A DNA stretch of 43,679 nucleotides, from the NCBI GenBank assembly GCA_051872775.1, contig JBJEEE010000036.1, positions 1 through 43,679 on the forward strand, read 5' to 3'. Shown here in pieces: positions 1 to 9,664 of this stretch. The position numbers and the translations under genes are program-made. Origin of the DNA: Bacilli bacterium (GTDB lineage Bacteria > Bacillota_I > Bacilli_A > ML615J-28 > CAG-313). Position 1 is the stretch's first letter; every line of letters starts with the position of its first letter. Under the pieces are notes generated by a model. It did not search any database and was not told the DNA's origin. It saw only the letters and a program-made list of their open reading frames with translations.

Positions 1-96
1 AAGAATACGCTTATGTTTAATTTTTTTAGGGACATTTTGCAAAGTTATTGACAGTGATAAACAACTAAAAAACGAAATTAGCATAAATTGTCAAAA

Positions 97-131
97 TAAA
101 TAAAAAATTAGCCCTTCAATAAGGGCTAATT
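97..131 (-). terminator. Rho-independent terminator after the GHL10 genes
   Basis: Perfect 11-bp stem aattagccctt/aagggctaatt (106-131) with a 4-nt loop, followed by a T tract on the minus strand. Confidence 0.85.
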
Positions 132-138
132 GTTATCT

Positions 139-1392
139 TTATTTGGTCCAAATATTTTTTATCTTATCTAAAGATTGATCTTTTATTTCGTTTTGTCCTT
201 TTACCAAATCATGATATGTAAAGAAAATACTACCCGCAATATTTTCAAAATTTTGATTGAAAGCAAGTTGATTTACAATTTCATCAGGATTTTGCCAAAA
301 CTCATTTGATCCCATTTGATATAAACCAGTACCAATATATAGTATAGTATCAGTTTCCTTTGCAATGTTACTCCACCATCTTGTTAAATCATGATAAGTA
401 ACATCTTGGCGTTCAAATGGGAAATAAATTTGAGGAACAACATAATCAATCCAATGTTCCTTCATCCATTTGTAAACATCTGAATATAATTCTGAATAGC
501 ATTGTAATGCTCCTTTAGAATTGTATGATCCACATTCCCAACCACCTTCTACAATTGATGAATGGGTACGATAGATGGCGAAAGGACTAATACCAAATTG
601 GACTTTCTTTCCAGTTTTGCTAAACAAATTTTTCAATTCATCATGAATATTTTTTATCATAATATCGACATTCATTCTTCTGAAGTCATCTAGTGTTTGT
701 GATTCACAAGCACGATATTTTAAATAATCTTCATGTTCGTTTGTTTCTGGAATTTTAGCATATGGGTAGAAGTAATCATCTATATGAACACCTTCAATAT
801 CATAGTTTTCTGCAACCTCAATAATTGATTTAGTTACAAAATCAATTACTTCAGGATGACTTGGAGAAAGAATGATTTTACCTGCTCCATCAACGATTGT
901 ATGTTCAGGGTGAAGGCGAGCAAAATTATTTGTGGCAAGTGTTTCCAAAAATTCCTCTTTTGTTTTCCCAAGTTGTTCAAGTGAAGCACTTGAAACGCGA
1001 TAAGGATTCATCCAAGCGTGAACTTTAATGTTGTATTTTTTGGCTGTTTCAATTACATATGCAAACACGTCAAATCCAGGATCTTGTCCTTCTACTCCTG
1101 TTATAAAGCGTGACCACGGATTTAATTTGGATGGGTAGAAAGCATCACTCATTGGTCTAACTTGAAAAATAATTGTATTAATATTATAACTAGCTATGTT
1201 TTCTATCATTTTTGATAAATATGCTTTATATTCTTCTACTGGTAATCCTTTAGGTGTATCAATATTTGCAACCGTTGAGACCCATACGCCTCTTACTTCA
1301 TTTGGTTTTTTCTCATATTCGGGAATCATAACTATCTCAGCTGAATTCCAGTAATGTACGTACTCATTAGTATTATATTTTTTTAATTTCAT
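139..1392 (-). CDS. Glycoside hydrolase family 10-like (GHL10/DUF187) protein, catalytic domain only, no signal peptide
   Basis: Motifs RGVWV, FQVRP..DAFYPS, HAWMNPYRV, GVHIDDYFYPY, FGISPF, DYVVPQIY, typical of GHL10 (YddW/DigH, YngK). Confidence 0.88.
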   Translation of the reverse strand: MKLKKYNTNEYVHYWNSAEIVMIPEYEKKPNEVRGVWVSTVANIDTPKGLPVEEYKAYLSKMIENIASYNINTIIFQVRPMSDAFYPSKLNPWSRFITGVEGQDPGFDVFAYVIETAKKYNIKVHAWMNPYRVSSASLEQLGKTKEEFLETLATNNFARLHPEHTIVDGAGKIILSPSHPEVIDFVTKSIIEVAENYDIEGVHIDDYFYPYAKIPETNEHEDYLKYRACESQTLDDFRRMNVDIMIKNIHDELKNLFSKTGKKVQFGISPFAIYRTHSSIVEGGWECGSYNSKGALQCYSELYSDVYKWMKEHWIDYVVPQIYFPFERQDVTYHDLTRWWSNIAKETDTILYIGTGLYQMGSNEFWQNPDEIVNQLAFNQNFENIAGSIFFTYHDLVKGQNEIKDQSLDKIKNIWTK

Positions 1393-1393
1393 T

Positions 1394-3904
1394 TTAGTGT
1401 TCCTTCTTTCTAAGTATTATTAATACAAGACTAAAAGCAATGGTCAAGGAAAAGAACATACTACTGTTTTTTTGACACTTGCATCCTTTAGATGGGGTTG
1501 GTGTTGGATCAATCGATGGAAGGGGATCAGGCGTAGGTTCTTCGGTTTCTGCAACATTAAAAATATTACTAAAAGCAATTGTTTCATTTTCACCATCAGA
1601 AACGACTACTTTAAACTGACAATTTTTAGTTTCACTAACAAAATATTGCGTATATTCAACTGTTTCATTGCGAGCATTACCATCAAGTACTAGTTCAAAA
1701 TCAGCATTTCCTTTTGCGAAATAAATTTGATATGATACCCTACCATAACCATCATCACTTACATCGAATGATAGTAATATACTATCATTAGGGGTTATGT
1801 CTTCTACTTTTGCAATTGTAACAATTGGATTTCTACTTTTTACTTTAATATCTAATTCTTGCGACACTTCATTCCACATATCAATGATTGTAACTTTTAT
1901 TTTTCCATTTGTAGTTGATGTCTCAGGTATTGTAAACTCTTTTTCAATTTCAAAAGTATTTACTTCTTCATTTACACAAATTGGCAAACTATAATTTATT
2001 CCATTTGTTGCATAGGAAATATTCATTAAATAATTTGTGCTATCACTATCCGTTATTTTCACATTTATTTTGACTATATCACCATAGATATATTCCGCTT
2101 TATCAAGACTTGCCTCAACTATCGGAGCAGCATTTGTAAGATTGATTTCTTCAAATTCTGAATAAATCGAATTATCTTGATCAAAAGTTACTAAATAATA
2201 ATTATATCCTTCCTCTTTAGTAAATTCTAATGGATTAGTAGGATTTATCTCTAAGCACACTAAAGAAGATTGATCAAATGATGATGTATCAACAGGTGTT
2301 TGGTTTTCCGCATTAAGTTTAAAAATACCATATCCTTTGGCATTATCAACTGCGGAAATCTTGATGCTTACCTCATTTTCTTGCATTGATACTTTCTTAA
2401 TAGTAGCGTTACTTGATACTTTCTTTTCGTATTGATAATGAGGATAGGTAGGAGTTAAAGCACTATTTTTCCATAAGACTTTATTTACCGTAGCCATTGC
2501 GCCACTTCCGTTACTATCTAAAAGGGATGAGTAACTAAACATAAAGTAGCCACTAATATTTTTTACATAGGTATCATTGTATAAAAGTTGATAATACATT
2601 TCGAGTTTACCATTACCCCATGATGGCTTAACTTGATATAAAGCTGTTCCCATATAAAGTTTGGTCTGACTACCTTCTAAGGCATTACTCCACCATTTTG
2701 CGATATCATCATAATCACTATTTAAATTAGTATAGTTCTGAGGAGTAATGTAATCAATCCATTCTTCTTTAGCCCATTTGTATGTATCTGCATATAAATC
2801 AGAGTATGAATAGTAGTTATAACAACTTCCCGTCATTCCTCCTTCTACCCCACGTTGTGGTTCTGAACTACATGCTTCAATAGTTGGAGCATATCGAGCG
2901 GCAGGAGAAATACCAAAGGCGCATTTTCTTTCTTTTGTTTGATTGATAGTGCGAATAACTGTTCCTAAATTTTCAATTAACGCATTGACATTTTCACGAC
3001 GCCAATTATAAATGGAAAGGGCAGTTGTTCCCATATTATTACATGTTTCCACATATGCTTTATAATCACTCATATCAATCCATGGTTCAAGCGAATAAGT
3101 ATAACCTTTATACTGTGCATTACTTCCCGCATAACCTGTATCATTAGGATAAAAATAATCATCAAAATGGATACCATCAATATCGTAGTTTTCAACTAAC
3201 TCTGTGATGGTGTTTTCAATATGTGCTTGCACTTTAGGTGAAGCCGGATTTAAGATACATAATCCTTCTGATCCTACCACAACATCATGTAATAATTCAT
3301 TTTTTGATTCCTTAATCGGATTATCAATATCTCCAGCTTTATCGCTAAGGCCACTAAAATAATTATATTTATTCGTATTCAATGTCTCAACATCAACATC
3401 AACGATTTTACCATTTTCAGTAATACTTGATAGTGTAAATGTTGTAACACGATATGGATTTAACCAAGCATGATAATCCATACCTCTTTCATGCGTTACT
3501 TCAATCATCCATGCAAGAGGATCCCAACCAGGGTCAATACCATATCCAACAAGATAGTCACTCCATGGGTTATATTTTGATGGATAAAAAGCATCATTTG
3601 CTGGTCTTACTTGGAAGATAATAGTATTAAAATTATTTGATTCTGCATTATCTAGTATAGATATATAATTTTGTTTCCATTTTTCAATTGAGGCATCATC
3701 CGTACCTAATTGCTTAGCAATATTTAAATTACCAACTGTCGCAACCCAGATAGCACGCATTTCTTCAATTGGTTGTTCATATGTTTTAGCATTAACACTA
3801 CTGCTTCCTCCCCAAGTTGCATTTACTTTAATCATACTTACGGGTATTAAACAAAGCGTAAACAGAAGAAAAGAAAATAATACTTTTTTTAAAACTTTAT
3901 TCAT
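1394..3904 (-). CDS. Secreted, C-terminally anchored GHL10 glycoside hydrolase with beta-rich accessory domains
   Basis: Signal peptide (..VNA); RAIWV, HAWLNPYRV, DGIHFDDYFY motifs; Pro/Thr linker, then KGCKCQK, a TM helix and an RKK tail. Confidence 0.85.
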   Translation of the reverse strand: MNKVLKKVLFSFLLFTLCLIPVSMIKVNATWGGSSSVNAKTYEQPIEEMRAIWVATVGNLNIAKQLGTDDASIEKWKQNYISILDNAESNNFNTIIFQVRPANDAFYPSKYNPWSDYLVGYGIDPGWDPLAWMIEVTHERGMDYHAWLNPYRVTTFTLSSITENGKIVDVDVETLNTNKYNYFSGLSDKAGDIDNPIKESKNELLHDVVVGSEGLCILNPASPKVQAHIENTITELVENYDIDGIHFDDYFYPNDTGYAGSNAQYKGYTYSLEPWIDMSDYKAYVETCNNMGTTALSIYNWRRENVNALIENLGTVIRTINQTKERKCAFGISPAARYAPTIEACSSEPQRGVEGGMTGSCYNYYSYSDLYADTYKWAKEEWIDYITPQNYTNLNSDYDDIAKWWSNALEGSQTKLYMGTALYQVKPSWGNGKLEMYYQLLYNDTYVKNISGYFMFSYSSLLDSNGSGAMATVNKVLWKNSALTPTYPHYQYEKKVSSNATIKKVSMQENEVSIKISAVDNAKGYGIFKLNAENQTPVDTSSFDQSSLVCLEINPTNPLEFTKEEGYNYYLVTFDQDNSIYSEFEEINLTNAAPIVEASLDKAEYIYGDIVKINVKITDSDSTNYLMNISYATNGINYSLPICVNEEVNTFEIEKEFTIPETSTTNGKIKVTIIDMWNEVSQELDIKVKSRNPIVTIAKVEDITPNDSILLSFDVSDDGYGRVSYQIYFAKGNADFELVLDGNARNETVEYTQYFVSETKNCQFKVVVSDGENETIAFSNIFNVAETEEPTPDPLPSIDPTPTPSKGCKCQKNSSMFFSLTIAFSLVLIILRKKEH

Positions 3905-4787
3905 CTAATTTAATTCCTTTCTTGTAATTTTCAAAATTACGATATGCGATTTGTTCAACTTCATTTAAACTTAAACCGCGATTTAACAGTTCTGTTATAA
4001 TATTTTGAGCATCCATATGTCCTTTTAAATTATCAAGATTTGCATTTTCACCTTCATAATCAGAAAGATAGTCCATGATGTCAAGTCCTAACATTACATG
4101 GTCAATTCCAAGTTTTTCTCCTAAATAGATAATCTGATTAGCTAAACCGATAGTATTCTGGTATGATGGATTTTTTGATACAAAATTACGAGCCGAAACA
4201 GCACCTACATATCCGTTTACTTCACGTAAAACTCGTAATTGATCATCGTTTAAATTTCTGCGATGATCGCTTAATGCGAATGCATTAGAATGACTTGCGA
4301 TAATATTATGAGGCATATACTCAATTACATCATAAAAACTTTTGATATTAAGGTGCGAAACATCTATAATCATATGATGGTCATACATATAATCAAGGAA
4401 CTGCTTGCCAAGATTAGTTAATCCTCGCTCTTTTTCTCCCGCAACCCCGGTCGCAAGATGATTTTCTTCATTCCAGGTTAAACTTGCATGTCTTATACCT
4501 AATTCATATAAACGATTTAATTCATCAAGATTATGAACGTTTCTAAGCCCTTCCAAGCCTTTAATTACATGATAGTTTTGTTCATATGGTCTAAATGCAT
4601 CTAAAGCTATTTTATAAGCTTCATAAACATCAAAATCATGCTCACTATATACAACCCAAATACCACCTTTTACTTCTCCTTTGGTTAAAGCATCAAGATG
4701 ATACTTTTTAAATGGATCTATACAATGTTGTTGCGATCTACTATATAAGTTATAAAACACATCACTATGTGTATCATATATTTTCAA
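3897..4787 (-). CDS. Membrane dipeptidase (peptidase M19)
   Basis: DTHSD, GLEG, SLTWN, IDVSH, ASHSN, RNL.DDQL, LGLD motifs; likely TTG start at 4787 behind a GAGGTG RBS (ORF track starts at GTG 4796). Confidence 0.85.
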   Translation of the reverse strand: MKIYDTHSDVFYNLYSRSQQHCIDPFKKYHLDALTKGEVKGGIWVVYSEHDFDVYEAYKIALDAFRPYEQNYHVIKGLEGLRNVHNLDELNRLYELGIRHASLTWNEENHLATGVAGEKERGLTNLGKQFLDYMYDHHMIIDVSHLNIKSFYDVIEYMPHNIIASHSNAFALSDHRRNLNDDQLRVLREVNGYVGAVSARNFVSKNPSYQNTIGLANQIIYLGEKLGIDHVMLGLDIMDYLSDYEGENANLDNLKGHMDAQNIITELLNRGLSLNEVEQIAYRNFENYKKGIKLDE

Positions 4788-4815
4788 GATAATCACCTCT
4801 ATATTTTCTTAAATT

Positions 4816-4844
4816 ATTATATAATAAAAACAAAATTTTATCAA
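4816..4844 (-). promoter_or_regulatory. SigA-type promoter for dipeptidase-GHL10-GHL10
   Basis: TTGATA-N17-TATAAT; adjacent cre-like AAAAGCGTTTAAA at 4846-4858. Confidence 0.6.
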
Positions 4845-4859
4845 CAAAAGCGTTTAAAT

Positions 4860-4928
4860 AAAAAAAGGAATAAATTTCTAAAGAACCAGACAAGAAAGAC
4901 TTAAATGATTCTTTAGGAGTTTATTCCT
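4860..4928 (-). terminator. Long-stem terminator after the large GHL10 gene
   Basis: 23-bp imperfect inverted repeat (4866-4888 / 4906-4928, 3 mismatches) followed by a T run on the minus strand. Confidence 0.65.
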
Positions 4929-7871
4929 CTATTTTCTTTTTCTAATAATTATAGTTAATCCTAATAAACAAATAATGCTATTGAAGATTACTATGGTATT
5001 TTTCTTGCAACTACATCCTTTTCCGTTATCTTCGGTTGGTAAATCATCATTATTAATAGGTGGATTATCAGGGGTTTCTTCTTTAACATTGAGAGAAAAA
5101 CTATCACTAACACTTGTGGCATACCACTCGTTTTCTCCAACTATTACTTTTACTTTGATGTTTTTATACGTTGATGCACCAAAATACCAGTAGTTCTCTG
5201 TATTAAAAGAAAGTACCTTGCCACTGTTGATTTCAAAAATTTCATTATCATCTTCATCAACAATCAATATTTTATACATTTGACGGATACAACTGGATGG
5301 GAAATCAACCAATATTTGGACTTCAGCCTCACCAATATTAACCGATATCTTACATAAATCAAGGAAATGCGGTGTTGATACTTCAAACGAAGATGTCTGA
5401 TAATAATTAGTTTTACCTTCTTGAGTAATTGCTATTAATGCATAATAGGTTCCTTCATCAAGATTAGTTAGATTTATTGAAATATTAGGGCTTATTATAT
5501 TTTCTTGTTTTTCTATTACTTTTTCTTCATTTGTTTGAATGTTTTTAAGCGTCAATTCATAATCAAAAGGATTGTTACTTGTATTATTAATAGTGAAATC
5601 TAATGGTATTTGTGATGAAGGCATATATTTGTTTTCTAGATTATTCGTTTTAGCAACATATGCATAGTTCTTTGTTAATACTGTATTAAACTGTGGTGTA
5701 TCAATATATGTCGACACTGTTCCATCGGTTACCTCAATTCTTAACGATGACTCATTTGTTACAAAACCATATGCTTTATAAGCAAATGAGATTTCATCAT
5801 CAACTACATTTCCCTCTGCAATCAAACGATGTTTATCCACACCTTTTTCATAATACCATACTTTATAGGTTAGATTTTTTTGAAGTGGATTGCTAACTTT
5901 TGCGTTGATGTTAATTGTTTCATCACATAATAATTCACAACTAATTGGTGATAAAGCATTAATGTTGATGGATTGAAACTCTTGGATATTGGAAAAATCA
6001 AGTTTAGTAGTTATTGAAGAGATATATCCATTTGTGGAAACAACTTTTACATAATAATCATAATTCTCATCATATTCACTAATACTTAAAGACTCTGTCT
6101 TACCAATAGCATATGGAGAGTATTTAACAAGTATTCGCGAGTTAAGATCTGATTGATCAAAAGGTTGTCCTTTTAATACTTTATATACTCCATATACACG
6201 TGCTTTTTCAACACTTGGAAAACTAATCTTTACTGTATTATCTAAGGTATCTTTTGTAATTGAATAATTGTTGATACATAAACCTGCTGAATCATCCTCA
6301 CCGTGAGGAAGAGGATATACTGGTTTTGATGCCCAATTATTTTTTAAATATGTAATGCCTTTTTCGTGCGTATCTGAGGTATATACATAAAGATTTTCAT
6401 ATGAATAAAGTGCAGATCCTTTAATTACAGAGTATTTTTTATTATATACAATCTGGTTACGTATCTCTGCTGCATTATAAAATTGCGTTTTATTGTCACG
6501 ATATTTATATATTCCATGAGCGATATAAAGCTTAATTTCTTTTAAACCTTGTGCTACACGTTCCTCGTTTAATTCCGTAACCATCTTAGCCCACCAATCG
6601 ACAACATCAGCATATGGAGCATAGTTATCTTCAAAAGCATAATAAACTTGTGGGGCTACATAGTCAACTAATCCTTCTTTGACCCATTGCCATGTGTCCG
6701 CAAATATATCTGAATAAGATGAATATGCTTCACTAGCAGTGTTAGAACCATTGACATCGCAACGTGATGAGCCACCACAGTATTCGCTATTACTACGCCA
6801 TACCGCAGCTGGTTTTGAGCCAAATTCAACACAATCGTTATTTTCTTGGTTATATTTATCTACCATATTTCTAATCTTTCGCATTAGAACATTGACATTT
6901 TCTCTTCTAAAATCGCCAAGGGTATATCCTCTTTCCATATGACTATATTTAGTATCATTATTTAAATATTCTTGATAATTACCTAAATCATTTAAAATAT
7001 TTACTCCTGATAATGTACTATCGTACTTTTCACCCCCCGCAAAGTTGGTGTTAACATAGTCACTTGAAATATCACCGTTTAGATAAAAATAATCATCAAA
7101 GTGCATACCATCGATATCATAGTTTTCGATAATTTCTTGAAGGGAGGCAACGATGAATTCTTGAACCGCTGGTTCACTCGGATTTAGGATTAAACGCGTG
7201 TCACTTTCTCCCATTACTACATACTCTGGATGTAAACGAGCAAAATTGCCTTCTGCTAGTTTATTTATTGCTTGTTCTTTAAAAGATGTAAGTTCACTAT
7301 TTGAGTAAGAACTAGCATTTTTAGTACTGTCTGGAAGCACACTTTCTGTCGTTACACGATATGCATTCATCCAACATTGAAAGTCGAACCCTCTTTTATG
7401 GGTTTCTTCAATCATCCATTCAAGTGGATCCCATCCAGGATCAATGCCAGGTCCTACTAAGAATTCACTCCATGGATTAAGTTCTGATTTATAAAAAGCA
7501 TCATTAGATGGACGTATTTGAAAGAAAAGTGTATTCATACCAAATTCACTCATTCGATCTAATATCGTAATAAACTCATTTTGATATGCTCTAATCGAAG
7601 ATGAAGATGTATCTTCTTGTTTACTAATCGCGATATTATATACGGTTGCCACCCATACGCCACGCATTTCTGCTTCATAAGTAAAATATTTAGTTGGCAA
7701 AGTTACTGGTTCACCAGTACCATAGTGATAAACACGTTGTCCACTAGTACCATCTTTAAATGACAAAAGGTAGGTTTCTCCTTCTTCTAGCGCATAGGTT
7801 GGAACAGAAAAACTAAAGATAATAAATAAACTTAAAATTAAAAACGCAAATTTTTTAAATAATTCTTTCAT
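4929..7871 (-). CDS. Secreted, C-terminally anchored GHL10 glycoside hydrolase with accessory domains
   Basis: Signal peptide (..TYA); RGVWV, WMNAYRV, DGMHFDDYFY, DYVAPQVY motifs; C-terminal KGCSCKK, a TM helix and RKRK. Confidence 0.85.
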   Translation of the reverse strand: MKELFKKFAFLILSLFIIFSFSVPTYALEEGETYLLSFKDGTSGQRVYHYGTGEPVTLPTKYFTYEAEMRGVWVATVYNIAISKQEDTSSSSIRAYQNEFITILDRMSEFGMNTLFFQIRPSNDAFYKSELNPWSEFLVGPGIDPGWDPLEWMIEETHKRGFDFQCWMNAYRVTTESVLPDSTKNASSYSNSELTSFKEQAINKLAEGNFARLHPEYVVMGESDTRLILNPSEPAVQEFIVASLQEIIENYDIDGMHFDDYFYLNGDISSDYVNTNFAGGEKYDSTLSGVNILNDLGNYQEYLNNDTKYSHMERGYTLGDFRRENVNVLMRKIRNMVDKYNQENNDCVEFGSKPAAVWRSNSEYCGGSSRCDVNGSNTASEAYSSYSDIFADTWQWVKEGLVDYVAPQVYYAFEDNYAPYADVVDWWAKMVTELNEERVAQGLKEIKLYIAHGIYKYRDNKTQFYNAAEIRNQIVYNKKYSVIKGSALYSYENLYVYTSDTHEKGITYLKNNWASKPVYPLPHGEDDSAGLCINNYSITKDTLDNTVKISFPSVEKARVYGVYKVLKGQPFDQSDLNSRILVKYSPYAIGKTESLSISEYDENYDYYVKVVSTNGYISSITTKLDFSNIQEFQSININALSPISCELLCDETININAKVSNPLQKNLTYKVWYYEKGVDKHRLIAEGNVVDDEISFAYKAYGFVTNESSLRIEVTDGTVSTYIDTPQFNTVLTKNYAYVAKTNNLENKYMPSSQIPLDFTINNTSNNPFDYELTLKNIQTNEEKVIEKQENIISPNISINLTNLDEGTYYALIAITQEGKTNYYQTSSFEVSTPHFLDLCKISVNIGEAEVQILVDFPSSCIRQMYKILIVDEDDNEIFEINSGKVLSFNTENYWYFGASTYKNIKVKVIVGENEWYATSVSDSFSLNVKEETPDNPPINNDDLPTEDNGKGCSCKKNTIVIFNSIICLLGLTIIIRKRK

Positions 7872-8554
7872 TATAATTCATCCTTAAATACTTTCTTTTG
7901 CCTTTCTAAAACAGCAAAGCTTTCCGCATATTGTCTTTTCATTAAGGCTCCACGACATCTAGCAAGGGATGTGTAATAATCAAAATATTTAAAATCTTTA
8001 CTATTCATAATAAACCAGTGTGTTTGAATGGCTTTCTTCCATAGTTCAAATCCATCAGTTATATCAACATAAACATATGGAGTAAACTCATCACTGTCTT
8101 CCCAGTTTTCACAAAAATATACTGGTGCATAGTGTCTTTCTCCATTTTTATTTCCGACTACACCTGCTCTAAATTGTGCTTCTTGAACTATAAGATGTGT
8201 GTTATGGTGATCGCGATGCATCGTGCTTTTCCAATGCGTAAGGATTACACTTGGTTTGTATTTTACAATTACTTCTACGACTTGGTTTACTACTTCATCA
8301 TTAAGTGGAAGTTCTCCATCAGCATAGTCTAAAACAATCGATTCACCATTAACTAGTTTTGCGAAAGTATCGGCTTCTTGTACTTTTTGAAGGCGATATT
8401 CACTAGGTGTCATATGAGGGGGATTCCCTCTTTCTCCAGCGGTTAGAGCCATAATGATATTTTTGCCTCCTTTTACCGCATTTGATGCTAAAACACCACC
8501 GGCAGTTAATTCCATATCACCGATATGGCCACCTATTGCAAGAATAGTTTTCAT
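7871..8554 (-). CDS. PIG-L/LmbE family N-acetylhexosamine deacetylase
   Basis: GGHIGDME (variant of HPDD), LTAGERG, THW....HRDH, AESF motifs; TAATG coupling to the GHL10 gene. Confidence 0.85.
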   Translation of the reverse strand: MKTILAIGGHIGDMELTAGGVLASNAVKGGKNIIMALTAGERGNPPHMTPSEYRLQKVQEADTFAKLVNGESIVLDYADGELPLNDEVVNQVVEVIVKYKPSVILTHWKSTMHRDHHNTHLIVQEAQFRAGVVGNKNGERHYAPVYFCENWEDSDEFTPYVYVDITDGFELWKKAIQTHWFIMNSKDFKYFDYYTSLARCRGALMKRQYAESFAVLERQKKVFKDEL

Positions 8555-8565
8555 ATTAATTCCTC

Positions 8566-9648
8566 CTATTTGTTATTATGAATTTCATCTAAATGAGCAA
8601 TAATAAAATTAGCTAAACGAGCACGTGCATCCATATGGAGTATATTACTACGCGTTGGATGTACTCGATTAGTTAAAAGTACAAATGCAACTTCGTTTTG
8701 TCGATCAACCCAAATGTTTGTTCCTGTAAAACCAGTATGTAAAATGGTATCACGACTTGTAAGTTCACCTGCACTAGAACCAGTTCCTCGGTTAATCCAA
8801 CCAAGGCTACGGCGATTTCCTTCAAGTGATACACCCGTTTTTTCTTCTACTTGTGGGGTATATAAAAGATCAATTGTTTGAGCTGATAAAAACTTTTTAC
8901 CTTCAAAAACCCCTTCATTAAGAATCATTGAAAGGAAATTTACTACATCTTTTACTGTTGAGAAAAGTCCAGCATGACCAGCCACTTTACCAAGACAAAG
9001 TGAGGTTTCATCATGAACAACGCCTCTTACAATTCCATGGCAAAAGCAATCATCGCGTTTTTCTGTAGGAGCACATCGCTTTATATCGGTTGGTAAAAAA
9101 GATGTATCATACATTTTTAGCTTATCGAAAATTTCCTTTTTAGAATATTCGTTTAATGGTGTTTTTGTTATATTTTCAATCACCTTTCCAAGAACAATAT
9201 AACCAATATCAGAATAATGAATTTTTGTTCCTGGTTCATACTTAAGTTCAATATTTAGGATTTTATCCCACACATCTTGAGGACATTTAACTTCTTTTAA
9301 TCCCGTCACTCCTTCTGGTAAACCCGAAGTATGTGTCATTAAATTCCATATATTGATATTATCAAAAGGAAATTCAGGAAAATATTTTTTTACCGGAGCA
9401 TATAGTCTTAGTTTACCTTCCTCAATTAACTTCAAAGCACAAGTTGTTGTACACACAATCTTAGTTAAGGAAGCCATATCATATAAAGTATCAATACTAT
9501 TAACTTCTACATTTGGATATAAACTCTTATTTCCTAATGAATTCATATAAACAGCATCTTTAAAAATTATCGCATAATTAGCACCAGGAAATGCTCCTTC
9601 TTTAATACTATCTAATACTAATTGATCGAATGCTTCAATTGCTTTCAT
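8566..9648 (-). CDS. Beta-lactamase-family serine hydrolase (AmiE/NamA-like)
   Basis: SxxK (ASLTK), LMTHTSGL, YSDIGY, GVVHDE, GHAGLFST, HTGFTG, LTNRVHP motifs. Confidence 0.82.
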   Translation of the reverse strand: MKAIEAFDQLVLDSIKEGAFPGANYAIIFKDAVYMNSLGNKSLYPNVEVNSIDTLYDMASLTKIVCTTTCALKLIEEGKLRLYAPVKKYFPEFPFDNINIWNLMTHTSGLPEGVTGLKEVKCPQDVWDKILNIELKYEPGTKIHYSDIGYIVLGKVIENITKTPLNEYSKKEIFDKLKMYDTSFLPTDIKRCAPTEKRDDCFCHGIVRGVVHDETSLCLGKVAGHAGLFSTVKDVVNFLSMILNEGVFEGKKFLSAQTIDLLYTPQVEEKTGVSLEGNRRSLGWINRGTGSSAGELTSRDTILHTGFTGTNIWVDRQNEVAFVLLTNRVHPTRSNILHMDARARLANFIIAHLDEIHNNK

Positions 9649-9664
9649 GTTTTTTTCTTCCTTT

